A stretch of DNA of 64,000 bases from Octopus sinensis (GCF_006345805.1 NC_043023.1:13950001-14014000); one strand, 5' to 3'; numbered from the stretch's first letter, positions 23,744 through 37,629 are shown. Notes: generated by a model from the sequence alone, not told the origin. A program made the numbers and translations.

Positions 23744-25430
23744 CTCTATTTGTAACTCTTCATAGGTGTACATTGTATTATTAGACTCCAAAACAAATCG
23801 TCCATACCGTTTTTTCACTCGATATAGAATGAATATTGGGTAGATTACTGCATATAGGGGAAGAAATTGGATGTTGAGAGAAAGAGGAAAGGAGGGGAAG
23901 GGGATGAAACTTTAATGAAGTTGGGATCACAAAAAAGAAAATATATATAAATGGAATCGAAATTGAACCAATCCTATGACTGGCACCCGGCAGATGCCAG
24001 GACCCCTGGACTGGAGATACGTAAAAAAGCACTATCTGAATCGTGGCCGATGCCAGCGCCGCCTTGACTGGCTTCCGTGTCGGTGGCACGTAAAAAGCAC
24101 CATCTGAATCGTGGCCGATGCCAGCGCCGCCTCGACTGGCTTCCATGCAGGTGGCACGTAAAATGCACCAATCCGACCGTGGCCGATGCCAGCCTCGCCT
24201 GGCACCAGTGCAGGTGGCACGTAAAAAGCACCCACTACACTCACGGAGTCGTTGGCGTTAGGAAGGGCATCCAGCTGTAGAAACATTGCCAGATAAGACC
24301 GGAGCCTGTGCAGCCTTCTGGCTTCCCAGATCCCCGTCGAACCGTCCAACCATGCTAGCATGGAGAACGGACGTTAAACGATGATGATGATGATGGTGAT
24401 GGTGATGACGATGGTGATGACGATGATGATGATGATGATACAAACATAATTATAAAGGATAATAATAAATATAAAATATAATAAAAAGTAAAGATGTAAA
24501 AAATAATAAATATATAAAGATACAAAGGACGTCACGTATAGGGTCATAAATTCTAGGACGCTAAATGATGATGATATATATAGTTGCTATTATGTAAAAG
24601 TATCGTAAGTACAAAATGTTGCTTTTTCAGAAAACGAAAAAAAAATTAGTTTTACCATTCCATAGCAAAAACCATTGTACTACACTTTGACAATTTTTGA
24701 TATCTTTGCATCTGAAGCAGCTGGAGATACGATAGTTTGACTAAAAGAACCAGCTTTTGCAAGTGAAAATAGATATTGGAAAAAACGCATTTGGCATATA
24801 TAATATATATATATCATCATCATCATCATCATCGTTGTCGTTTAATGTCCGTTCTCCATGCTAGCATGGGTTGGACGGTTCGACCGGGGATCTGGGAAGC
24901 CAGAAGGCTGCACCAGGCCCAGTCAGATCTGGCAGTGTTTCTACAGCTGGATGCCCTTCCTAACGCCAACCACTCCATGAGTGTAGTGGGTGCTTTTTAC
25001 GTGCCACCTGCACAGGTGCCAGGTGAGGCTGGCATCGGCCACGGTCGGATTGGTGCTTTTTACGTGCCACCGACACGGAAGCCAGTCAAGGCGGCGCTGG
25101 CATTGGCCACGAGTCGGATAGTACTTTTTACGTACCACCAGACCAGGGATCCTGGCTGGTTCAATTCGATTTCGATTTCGCTTGCCCCAACATGTCTTCG
25201 CAAGCAAAGGGCTTGGCATATATATATATATATTTATTAATACATACATATATATATCAAAGTTTGTTTTTAATGTGGAATTATAATTATTATTTATTAT
25301 TGTATAAAGGGTACAAAAAATAAAGGGTAAAACATAAAATAAAAAATATATTTCTGTATATTCTGTGTATGCTTCATTGTGTCCAATATGGAGCAACATT
25401 GACTGGTCTCATTATTTCTCTCTCTTTCAG

Positions 25431-25593
25431 TCGCGGCTGCTTGAAGAACCTCATCGATGTCCTTGGCTGCTACTGTTGCGGTCTCTTCCGACCGCAGAAC
25501 TACGACTGGCGCCAAAAGACAGACTTCATCGGCGAACCCCCCAAGATGTTCGCGGCCAACCCGAACGCCCGGGAGAACTTGCAGTTTGTGTGA
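25431..25593 (+). CDS. ZDHHC17: ZDHHC17-like last coding exon
   Basis: CTCTTTCAG acceptor; phase 2; (H)RGCLKNLIDVLGCYCCGLFRPQNYDWRQKTDFIGEPPKMFAANPNARENLQFV*. CCGLFRP matches HIP14; the hydrophobic C-terminus is PDZ-ligand-like. The nine exons sum to 1164 nt (387 aa + stop). Confidence 0.95.
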
Positions 25594-27146
25594 CCTGGTG
25601 GGGGTGGCCACTACGTTAACGGAAAAAAGAAAGAAAAAGAAAGAAAAGAAGAACAAAGGCGGTGGGCGGGGGAGGGTGGTTTACGTGTGATCTGTTCTGT
25701 GTTGAGTGACCGTTGTAAAATAATCCTCCCCCATCCCGGGGGGTCGGGGCTTTGGTTTCAGAAACCACCGCCGCCACCTCCGTCACTTGGAGCATAATTT
25801 GTGCCATAGACTCTCTTCTTCCTTTTCCTCCTCTTCCTCCTCCTCCTCCCTCTGTCTGAGCCTCCTGCGAACAAGAGGTCGGTCTCGGTGGATGGCATGG
25901 GTGGACGGTCAGATAATTGTAGCGCACGTGTGTGTGTATGTATATGTGTGTGTGTGTGTGCGTGAGATATGCAGTTTATGTTTAAAAGGGGTTTTTTTTC
26001 CCCTCGGATGGCAACATCCATTGGGCTACGACTACCTTGACACATGCTTATTCCGTACGGTACTCTCTCTCTCTCCCACGCTCTTTCTCTCTTTTCTTGG
26101 AGCCTCCTGCCACCCTCCTCCAGCTGCAGGGGTCGGAATTGGGGTGGGTAATCGGGTGGCGGGGAGAATGTTTTTTTTTTGTGGATGGTGGGGGAAAAGT
26201 CAGTTGGGTGGGACGGGCAAGCATTTGGTGGCGGGTTCGGGGTAGGGGTTACTTTTTGGATGCATGGGGGTAAGGGGTGGGTCGGTTGTTTTTGCGAGGG
26301 TCCGGTTGTGCTTTTTCTTTGTATTTTTGTTTTTTGCTTTTGCTCGTGTGTATGTATGTATGTATGTATGTATGTGTGTGTATGTGTGTGTGTGTAGGGG
26401 GCGATAGTTGTTTCGAGATGCGACGCGAGATGCAACGATGCTGACGACTGTGGCTGTAACGAAAAAAATGATGAAAAAGAAGAAGAAAACAAACAAAAAA
26501 AAACTTCCTGAGAAAGAAAAGAAGGAAGGAAGGAAGGAAACAAGCAAGAAAAACGATAATTTTGGGGGAAAAAAAGCCTGTGCGTTACGTGAACGTATAA
26601 CTAGACAAACCACCCTGGACTTAGTCACCCAAATATATATTCCTCCGGCTACTCCCCCCCCTCCGTTTTCCCCCTCCGCCTTCCCCCCCCCCCTCCGTCT
26701 CCCCACCATCCGTCTTCCCCCCGACCCTCCACCGAGTATTGCTTTGTATATGGCTTTGCGGACTTCAACGTGTTTCGTGCGGGGTTGACCCCCCCCCTCC
26801 GAAGCGCCTTCCCCCCCCTCTCCTTGACCTTGCGACCTTCTAACACTGCTCAATCGATTGCTGCTGTTTTTTTATATATTTTTTTTTACGGCGGAGTGGT
26901 GGTGGGTTGGTGGGTGGTCGTTGGAGCTGTTGCACGCAAAAGTGAATTAGTCCTTTAAGTGTGTGTGTGTGTATACACACATGCATGTATATGTACATTT
27001 ATACATACACACACACACCCACATATATATCTATAATATATATATATATATATATATGTATAATATATATGTATAATTATTATATATATGTATAAATATA
27101 TATGTATATTATACATATATATGTTAATTTATATATATATATGTAT

Positions 27147-27212
<66 letters not shown>

Positions 27213-27370
27213 AATTATATATATATATGTATAATTATATATATATAATATATCTAATTATATATATAATGTATAATTATATATATATATTGATCTATTA
27301 TTATATATATGTATAATTTATATATATATATCTAATTATATATATATTGTAATGTTATTATAGATATATA

Positions 27371-27637
27371 TTGAAAGAAAGTTTGAAAATGCAATTTTAA
27401 AGGTGTTTATTCTCTTGACCCCGTTTCACTTTTTTAGAAAAAGATTATCAAAAGTAAATGTAAAGCTTTGTAAAGCTTTGTTGTGTCAAGTACTGGTTGT
27501 CACAAAAGTATTAAAATACATATATACATTCTTTGATAATAATAAGAAAAAGTTAAAAACAGTTTACAAGAAAGCATATAAGAAAATATTCAACAAAAAT
27601 TATTAAGAGTTCAATAAAAATCATGTTTGTTTGGTAG

Positions 27638-27671
<34 letters not shown>

Positions 27672-27992
27672 AACACAGAAAAAGTATTAGGAGATATATC
27701 TCCTTCTGTGTATATATATATACTACTAAACAAACATGATTTTTATTGAATTCCTAATACTTTTTGTTGAATATTTTCTTATATATTTCCTTGTAAACTG
27801 TTTTTAACATTTTCTTACTATCAAAGAATGTATGTATGTATGTATTTTAATACTTTTGTGACAACCAGTACTTAACATAAAAAAGCTTTTACAAAGGTTT
27901 CACATTTTACTTTTGATAATCTTTTTCTAAAAAGGTGAAACCGGTGAAGTGAATAAACATTTTTAAAATTGCATTTTCAAACCTTCTTTTTT
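27371..27992. mobile_element. AT-rich foldback MITE with ~270-bp inverted arms
   Basis: 27371-27640 is the reverse complement (with mismatches) of 27720-27992; flanked by (TA)n. Confidence 0.85.
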
Positions 27993-28487
27993 ATATATAT
28001 ATTTGCACTTGTGCGGTACCTTACAACTTCACTTTGTTTTATATTATATAGTATTATATATATATAATATATATATTATATGTATGTGTGTGGGTGGTGT
28101 GTATGTTAGGTATGTGTGTGTGTGTATGTATAGGTATGTGTGTGTGTGTATGTATAGATATGTGTGTATATATGTATATATAAATGTATGTGTATATATA
28201 TATATATATATATAGGGAGAGTTTATGTAAAAAACAAAAGACGAAGACAGGTGGTGTAGAAAACAAACAGATGTATTAGTATAGCGCTCAGGATAGAAAA
28301 GTCTTTTATGTTTTGAGCCTACGCTCTTCTACAGAAAGGGACACAGAAAGAAACAAGGAGAAAAAAATATGTGTGTATTGGCTAACGATCTATCATGGCA
28401 TCAGACTCGGACAGAATGGTCACACACATTTATATATATGTATATATACATATAATATATGTGTGTATGTATATATATATATATATG

Positions 28488-28518
<31 letters not shown>

Positions 28519-29212
28519 ATATATAAATGTATGTGTCCTATATATAAATGTATGTGTCTATATATATAAATGTTTGTGTCTATATATATAAATATATGCT
28601 TATATATGTAAATAAATGTATGTTTATGTATATATATATATGTATGTATATATGTATATAAACATACATTGTGTATATATATGTATGCATGTATATGTAT
28701 ATATGTATATATATATACACACACACACACACACATATTTGTACACTCAGAGTGGTTGGCATTTGGAAGGGCATTCAGCTGTAGATACCTTGCCAAATCA
28801 GATCGGAGCCCGGAGCAGCCTCTGGGTTTGCCAGTTAAGTCAAACCGTCCACCCCATGCCAGCATGGAAAGCGGACGTTAAACGTTGATGCTGATAGACA
28901 CACACATATATACACACATGTATATGTCTACACACACACACACGTAGACACATATACGTATATCTATCTATCTATCTATCTATATATATGTGTATATATA
29001 TATATTATATTTACGGAGATGTACTTGCATAGCAAGTGACCTGCTCTAAGATCGTGTGCTGGAACGAAAAGAGTTGCAGCGTGGAAGGTGTTTATAAGCC
29101 ATTTAAAAACACACAAAACTGTGAGATTCACTTCAGCATTTAAATTTAATTTGCCAAAATATTTTCCTCGCTTTGAGTGCATGACCTGTTCACTGACAAA
29201 ATTCCGTGCTGC

Positions 29213-29263
<51 letters not shown>

Positions 29264-31169
29264 GGTAAAATATCTCTTTACCCTCACCCATTTAGTACAC
29301 TTGGTAATGTAATTGCAATGCAATAAAAAAACACGTGTGTATTAATAATTGGGTATTCTACCAACAGTATACTGGATAGATGTTATCCCTTAGTTGGTTG
29401 GACCCACAACCCCTATTTTTATATGTATATATATATATATATATGTATGTATATACATATGTATGTATGTATATACATATGTATGTATGATATACATATG
29501 TATGTATGTATATAATATGTATATATGTGTATATGTATATATATGTATATGTATGTATATATATATGTATATATATGTATATATATATGTATATATATGT
29601 ATATATATGTGTATATGTATGTATATATATATGTATATATATATGTATATAGATGTAATATATATGTATATATGTATATATATGTGTAATATATATGTGT
29701 ATATATATGTATGTATATAATATATGTATGTATATATATGTATATATATATATGTATGTATATATATGTATATATATATATGTATATATAATATGTATAT
29801 ATATATATGTATATATATATGTATATATAATATGTGTTATATATGTATAATGTATTATAATATATGTATATAGATATGTATAATATATATATGTGTATAT
29901 ATATATGTATATATATATATGTGTATATATAATATGTATGTATAATATGTTTATATATATGTATAATTATAAATAATATATATATATGGCTTGCTCGCTT
30001 AGCTAGCGGGGTGGTGTCATTTGAAGGCTAAAACAATGCGAACGCATTGTGATCAGCGATGTGTAACAACATCTGATGGTCTGGTCGGTCACGTGATCAC
30101 GTGATATATATATATATGTATGTATATAGTTTAGTGTGCTGTCATTTGTATGTACAAAACCATGTGCCCCATCCAGTGAGAGTGTAATATGGTTTACTTT
30201 CTGCTGTATTTTGATATGAGCTACCAGTGGTTTCATGCTGTTGGAAACAAAGTAACTTAGCACTTTTATATATCATGCCTTGTTGTCTCGAAGCAATCCT
30301 TCAGGCGTGAATACACAACATGGTTGGTCTTCTATGAAACACCAAGAAAGGATATTTGCATTTTATCTTGTAGACCGATGTCGTTTCTTGGTTCATATAT
30401 ATATCTTTGTGTCGACACAAGGATATATGTGTGTGTGTATATATATGTATATGTATTTGTATACATGTGTACATATGTGTGTATATATCTGTGTATATAT
30501 AGATATGTATATATATATACATGTATTTGTATACATTTATGTATGTATGTGTGCGTATATGTATGTATGTATATATATATAAATATATAATGTAGGTGTA
30601 CATATATGTATGTATAAAGTTGTGTTTGCATATATGTATATATATATATATAGTTATGTGTATATGTATATATGAATGTATATATATATAAGTATGTATA
30701 TATATATATATGTTTATATATATATGTGTATATGTATATATATAAATGTTTATGTGTTGTGTGTGTATATATATATATACACGTATGTATGTATATCTAT
30801 ATGTGGATATATGTGTGTGTATATACATATATGTGGGTATATATGTAAAAATATGAGTGTGTGTATATATATATATATACACACACACACATATAAGTAT
30901 ATACAGTATGTATGTGCGGCACAAAGCCCAACCACCCACTGACCCGCCCATTATACACTCTGCCCCCACACTTCACCCTCCCTGTCTTATTTGAAGAACT
31001 TCTGGGGTCTGTCCACCCCTAACTTGTTGCCATGGTTTTACTACTGCTGCTGCTGGGGTGAGATGGGAGTAGGGACTGGGATTGATGGTTGGATTAGGGA
31101 TTTGGCAGGCTGGAGGGTGGTTGGGGGAGGGGAGGAGTGTACCCCTTGAACGTCTTGTTCCCCAAGTTC

Positions 31170-31288
31170 AAATACTTTAAACATCTTAAAAATTTTCTTC
31201 CTCTGTCTCCCTCTTTCTCTTCCTCCCCCTCTCTCTGTCTTCCTCTTTCTCTCTTTCTTTTGCTTACCCTCTCTCATTTTCATTTACA

Positions 31289-31329
<41 letters not shown>

Positions 31330-31955
31330 CTTCTCTTACTTTCACTTTCTCTCATCCACTCATCTCTTATTTTTTACCTTCTCTCTCTCTTTCTCTCTCA
31401 ATCTCTTTCCCTCTGTCCTTCTCTCTCTCTCATTTCCCCCTCATCCTCTCTCTTTTATCCTCTCCTTCTCTCTCTCTCTCTCTGTTTTCCCCCACTCTCT
31501 CACTTCCCTTCATCCTCTTCTTTCTTTCTCTTTCATATCTCTCTCTTTCTCTTACTTGCTTTCTCTCTGCCTTTCATTTCTCTTCAGCCTCTCTTTTCTT
31601 ATTCTTTCTCTCTTTCTTACATTTTCTCTCTCGTTTCCATTCCCTCTCCGTCTCCCTCCCTCTCTCTCACTCTCATTCTCTCTCTCTCTCTCTCACTCTC
31701 TCTCCCTCTCATTCTCTCTCTCTCTCACTCTCACTCTCTCTCCTTCCCTCTCTCTCACATTTCCATTCTTCTCTCCCTCTCATTCTCTCTCCCTCTCATT
31801 CTCTCTCCCTCTCATTCTCTCTCACTCTCATTCTCTCTCTCTCTCTCACTCTCTCCCTCTCATTCTCTCTCTCACTCTCTCTCCTTCCCTCTCTCTCACT
31901 CTCATTCTCTCTCTCTCTCAGTCTCACTCTGTTCCTCTCTCTGTCTTTGTCTCTT

Positions 31956-31990
<35 letters not shown>

Positions 31991-32442
31991 ATCCATCTAT
32001 TTGTCTTTCCCTCTCTTTCCCCCCTCACTCTCTTTTTCCTCACTTGCTTTCTCTCTGCTTTACTTGCTCTCTCCCTCTCTCATTCTCTTACAGACTCTCT
32101 CTCTCTCTCTCTCCCCACTCACTCTGCCTTTCTCCTTTTCTCTTTTATCATCTCCCTCTCACTTGCCTTCTGTCTTTCTTTCGCCTGATCTCCTCCCCCT
32201 TCCTCCTCCGCCACACCTCCTCCTCCTCCCTCACGCCTCCTCCTCCTCCTCTCCTCTCATCCATCCACCTCCACCTCCCTCTCCCCTCTCCCCCACTTTT
32301 ATTTCCCTATCACTCTCCTTCAGATTCTGTATCCCTTTCTTTCTCTCTCCTCTCTCTCTCTCTCTCTCTCTGTCTTCCCTTTCCTTTCTTCCTCCTCCTC
32401 TTCTTCCACCTCTCTCCTTGCTGTCTTTGTTTTCTTGTTCTT

Positions 32443-32460
<18 letters not shown>
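31170..32460. repeat. Long (CT)n-rich polypyrimidine tract (similar tract at 8800-9430)
   Basis: Direct inspection. Confidence 0.95.
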
Positions 32461-32492
<32 letters not shown>

Positions 32493-32577
32493 TTATTTAT
32501 TGTAGGTATATGTACAAATATATATATATATATAACGAATATATTATAGAAATGTATGTGTGTGTATGTATACATAC

Positions 32578-32617
<40 letters not shown>

Positions 32618-33018
32618 TGTGCATGTTTTATTTATATGGGTATGTGTAGGATGTAGATATATATGCATATACCTGTATGTATGTATATATATACACATAT
32701 ATATATACATGTGTGTTTGTGTGTATATACATGCATATATTATATATATACATACATACACACGTGTGTTTGTGTGTATAAATGCATATATATATATGTA
32801 TGTAAATGTGTGTGTATATGCTTGTGTGTGTGTGTGTGTATATACATACATACATACGTAAACATACATACAAATGTGTATATATACATATATCTGTGTG
32901 TGTGTATGCTTGTGTGTGTGGGTATATATATACATACATACGTAAACATACATACAAATGTGTATATATACATATATAAATATACATATATCTGTGTGTG
33001 TGTATGCTTGTGTGTGTG

Positions 33019-33057
<39 letters not shown>

Positions 33058-33976
33058 CCCTATTTCATCTCTACAAAATGCTCAACTCTAGTGACTGTCA
33101 GAAGCTGTTACAACCACGACCACCACCATTAATATTAATATTATTATTATTATTATTATTATCATTATTAATAACTCTCATCATTGAATCTACGCATATT
33201 TTGGTTATGTATAATGGAGAAAGGGTGTACACATTGCCTGTACAGACAGTATATACACCCAGTGGGGGATTTTTTGTTTCTTGTTTTATTTTTTAAAAAT
33301 ATATATATATATACTCTCTTTTGTGTTATGTTGTTGATGCTGTTTTCTTCTTCTTCCTCCAATTATTCTTCTTCTTCTTTTCTTCTTCTTCTTTCTTCTT
33401 TCTTTTCTTTCTTCTTTTCTTTCTTCTTCTTCTTTTTCTTCTTCTTCTCCTTCATTCTTCTTCTTCTTCTTCCAATCAGGACTCACGCCATTAGCCACAA
33501 AGAATAATCTCTAATTCGAGCCTACTCTAAGCTACTAAGAGTGCATGTGGCAACTTGAAGATCCACCCACCACACGCGATAGACTGGCGGTTGCACAGGC
33601 GCGAAAGCTACGTTGTTATCCTCATTCATAAACGGTGGCTTTTAACGGGTGGAGAGCTGAACCATCCTGGGGGTACAGAGGATTTGCAATCTAGACTAGG
33701 GTCTGAAAGGTTACCTATTTCTTTATTGCCCACAAGGGGCTAAACATAGAGGGAACAAACAAGGACAGACAAAGGGATTAAGCTGATTACATCGACCCCA
33801 GTGCGTAACTGGTACTTTATTTATACGCCCCGAAAGGATGAAAGGCAAAGTCGACCTCGGCGGAATTTGAACTCAGAACATAACGGCAGACGAAATACCG
33901 CTAAGCATTTTGCCGCCTTGAAGTTTACCACACCATAGTGGCTTACACCATGGTTCGTCTGCTTTGTGACAGAAGT

Positions 33977-34076
33977 NNNNNNNNNNNNNNNNNNNNNNNN
34001 NNNNNNNNNNNNNNNNNNNNNNNNNNNNNNNNNNNNNNNNNNNNNNNNNNNNNNNNNNNNNNNNNNNNNNNNNNNN
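33977..34076. other. Assembly gap (100 N)
   Basis: N run. Confidence 1.
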
Positions 34077-34534
34077 TTAGCGGTTCAGCAAAAGAAACGG
34101 ATAGAATAAGTACAAGAATAAGTCCCAGGGTCGATTTGTTTGACTAAAGGTGGTGCTCCAGCATGGCCGCAATGAAATGACTGAAACAAGTAAAAGAATA
34201 TATATGATTATTCTTATTATTTCCCAGCGTTTCCAGATCAGATTGGAACCTGGTGCTGCCATCTGGCTCACAAGTCCCCAGTCAAACCGTCCAACCCATG
34301 CCAGCACGGAAAGTGGACGTTAAACAATAAGGATGATGATGATGATGATAACAATTGCAGTGTGGAAGGTGTTTATAAGCTATTTAAGAAACAAAAACAA
34401 TTCGATTCACTTCAACATTTAAATTTATCAAAATATTTTCGGCGCTTTCAGACCGTGACCTGTTCACTGACAAAATTCCATGCTATATATATATGTGTGT
34501 GTGTGTGTATGTGTGTATATATATGTGTGTGTGG

Positions 34535-34584
<50 letters not shown>

Positions 34585-34588
34585 CAGA

Positions 34589-34972
34589 GATGTACTTGCA
34601 TAGTAAGTGACTTGATCTGAGATCGTGTGCTGGAAAGAAAACAATTGCAGCGTGGAAGGTGTTTATAAGCCATTTAAGAAACACACAAAAACCGTTAGAT
34701 TCACTTCAACATTTAAATTTAATTTCTCAAAATATTTTCATCGCTTTGAGACCATGATTTGTTCACTGACAAAATTCCATGCTAGCAAAATTCAATGAAC
34801 AGGTCACGGTCTCAAAGCGACGAAAATATTTCTACAAATGAAATTTAAATGTTGAAATGAATCTAACAGTTTTTGTGTGTTTCTTAAATGGCTTATAAAT
34901 ACCTTCCATGCTGCAATTATTTTCATTCCAGCACACGATCTCAGATCAGGTCACTTGCTATGCAAGTACATC
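34589..34972. mobile_element. Palindromic element with ~185-bp arms
   Basis: GATGTACTTGCATAG...AAAATT mirrored by AAAATT...GCAAGTACATC; single-arm copies near 29015-29210 and 34350-34480. Confidence 0.8.
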
Positions 34973-35093
34973 CTACTTGCACAAAAATATATATATATAT
35001 AATATATATATATATACTAGAGTAAACACATAAATGTGAAACAAGGTGGAAAAAAAAAGTACTCAAATACCAGTGGTAGAGTAATATGATGTA

Positions 35094-35249
35094 TTAAAGC
35101 AGCAGAAAATTCAACAAAACCACTGTTACTCTGAGTTTCACATTGCCGTTCGTCGGACAGTTTTTGCTAGAATTCTAGCCAAAACTGTCCGACGAATGGC
35201 AACGTAAAACTCAGAGTAACAGGTTTTGTTGAATTTTCTGCTGCTTTAA
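35094..35249. ncRNA. Inverted pair of minimal hammerhead-like motifs (CCGACGA core) forming a ~75-bp hairpin
   Basis: Minus 35123-35160: CTGT CCGACGA ACG-GCAA-TGT GAAAC TCAGA GTA ACAG. Plus 35185-35222: CTGT CCGACGA ATG-GCAA-CGT AAAAC TCAGA GTA ACAG, followed by AATAAA. Confidence 0.6.
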
Positions 35250-37629
35250 ATAAAGTATATATATATATATATAATGTAATAAATAAAATATGCATACATA
35301 CAAACATATGTGCGTACCTACATCTACATGTATATATACATGCATATATAAATATAAATACGTGAGTACAGGACACCACAACTAAACGTAGAACTCAACG
35401 AGAGAAACGAAAACGGAAAAACCATTTTTTACAACAGAAAACAGAGTACAGGACATACTACACAGGAAAAATCCCCTTCATCAGCTTCACTAGTTCGACT
35501 CTAGTGTGTTTCGAAGGCAAGACAGAACACGACTCGCCATATATATATATATATATATACCATTCTGTTTCCATCGGCCGCTTGTTCAACATGTGTCTTA
35601 TCACCGAAAAGGTAATTATTTTTCCATGCTTGCTGATATTGTTTTTGTGTCTCTCTTTTTGTCTCAAAGCCGTAGGGCGCCTGTGTCATCCATGTTTTTA
35701 ACCGTTACTGTCTCCTAAAAAGATTTTTCGTTTCTTGTTCGTCTCTGTTGCGTTGCATTCTTTCCTTCTGTGGCTGGCTGATTCAGAGTGGATCTCAGAA
35801 TTAAACAGCCGAAATCTGCGATGAGGGATCAGTTTCTGACTGAAGAATGAAGGCTTTGAATGACCCGTTTGTCTTTTTGTTCGTCCCTTCGTGTAGTTCA
35901 CGTTATTTATTTATGTAAAGGTTTATTATATATATATATATATATAGAAAGAGAAAGAGAGAGGTATGATTAGATTGTATGGCAATGAAGCCATTCAAGT
36001 TTTGGCTGTAGTATTAATCAGGTTAAACATCCCACCGCTGTATATATCCAAGGGTGAGCAATGACATCATCTTAAGAGCACAGCAATAAGAGAAAAAAGA
36101 GACACAAGCACAAGCAGGATTGGATATTTCTGTATTTTATGTTACATGGGTTTCAGTAGTCAGTACCGCATGACGTCACACAATAGATGCAACTTATAAG
36201 ACCCAGCATGGAGTAAATACATAATTAGACAGAGATGGGGGTTAGAGGTGATGGCAATGAAAGGTGAACATGTGTGGATGCGCAGTCCAAGGACGATGGG
36301 AAAGTGGAGAAAAATAGGAATCTGGGATCTTTTCCTTTTGAACGGCAGTTTTCAACACAATTTCTAGTTAACTAAACACTTTTAAACTTCGTATACTGGT
36401 AGAATGTGTCAAAATAAAACATCTTTTTCTCTTGGCTTTCTTGAGAAAATTGTAATTTGTAAGTTTAACTGGATCTTTTCCTTTTGAACGGCAGTTTATA
36501 ACATAATTTCTAGGTAACTAAAAAGTTTTAAACTTCGTATAATGGTAGAATGTGTTTATAAAACATCATTTTTTCTTGGCTTTATTTCAACATATTTCAA
36601 CTTTAATTTCAAGCATTTCGGCAATTTTAACCAATCGCTGGAGTCCATTTGGGGTGAAAACATTCCGTGCTGTATGAATATGTCCCTCGTTTAAGAAACA
36701 AATTGGGTTTATTTACATTTGTGAAAAAAAAAAGATACCCTTTCCCAACCCCTTACCTTAACTCCAACCCTAAATCTAAAATAGATTGAAATGCAATAGA
36801 TCGATACTAGGGTTATTATTATGGGTGACAATTTCATACGACACTGCTACGGAAAATGGGATTTTTTTCTAGCGTTGTCAAATGAAAATGTCACCCATAA
36901 TTATGGCCCTAGTATCGATCTATTGCATTTCAATCTATTTTAGATTTAGGGTTAGAGTTAGGGTTAGGGGTTGGAGAAGGGTATCTTTGTTTCTTCGCAA
37001 ATGTAAATAAACCCAATCTGTTTCTTAAAGGAGGGACATATTCATTATGCACAGAATGTTATTTACCTAAATGGAGGTCAGCGATTGGTTAAAATTGCCG
37101 AAATGCTCGATTTTAAAGTGGAAATATCTTACAAACTATAGAATTTTCTCAATAAAGTCAAGAAAAAATGATGTTTTATAAACACATTCTACCAGTATAC
37201 GAAGTTTAAAAGTGTTTAGTTAACTAGAAATTGTGTTGACATGTGCCGTTCAAAGGGAAAAGATCCCAACGGTGTAACAACAACATCACCACCCCTGTTA
37301 TCACAGCCAGGCTGACAGATACATAGAGATACTAGTAAATACGATGGCAATTTGAGTGTCTCCGTCGCGTGTGTGAGAGCGTGAGTATGCGCGTGCGTTT
37401 GTGTGTGTGTGTCTGTGTGTATCTGTATATGTCAATGAGAAAATAGCCCAATCGTACACAGATTTTTGGTAATATGAGTATGTAAATGTGTGTGTGTGAG
37501 TATAGGCGCGAGTGCGTGCGTAAATAGCTCACTCATACACGGATTTAAATGTAAATAGGCTAGCCGTAAATATATATGTGGGTATATGTGAGCGTATGTA
37601 AGTACGAACACACACATACATATATTTAT

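Noticed and set aside
25365-25690. Alternative-frame ORFs over the last ZDHHC17 exon
   Set aside because: Only the frame ending at 25593 fits the exon H phase and HIP14 similarity.
30088-30104. Tandem E-boxes GTCACGTGATCACGTGA
   Set aside because: At the end of what looks like a repeat fragment embedded in microsatellite, 8.6 kb from the nearest ATG; no support for function.
35470-35520. Minus-strand GAAAC...GTC...CTGATGA suggesting a type-II hammerhead
   Set aside because: Stem I cannot form and stem II would be mostly G.U; probably a rearranged PLE-like terminal repeat.
35763-35828. Degenerate hammerhead shape (TCCTT/AGGGA stem I, GGCTG/CAGCC stem II, GAAA)
   Set aside because: The CUGAnGA box is heavily mutated and the cleavage triplet ends in G; at most a fossil.
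36940-36975. TTAGGG-like runs (also about 5143-5155, 47510-47520, 56566-56600)
   Set aside because: Internal part of the MITE family, not an interstitial telomere or fusion site.
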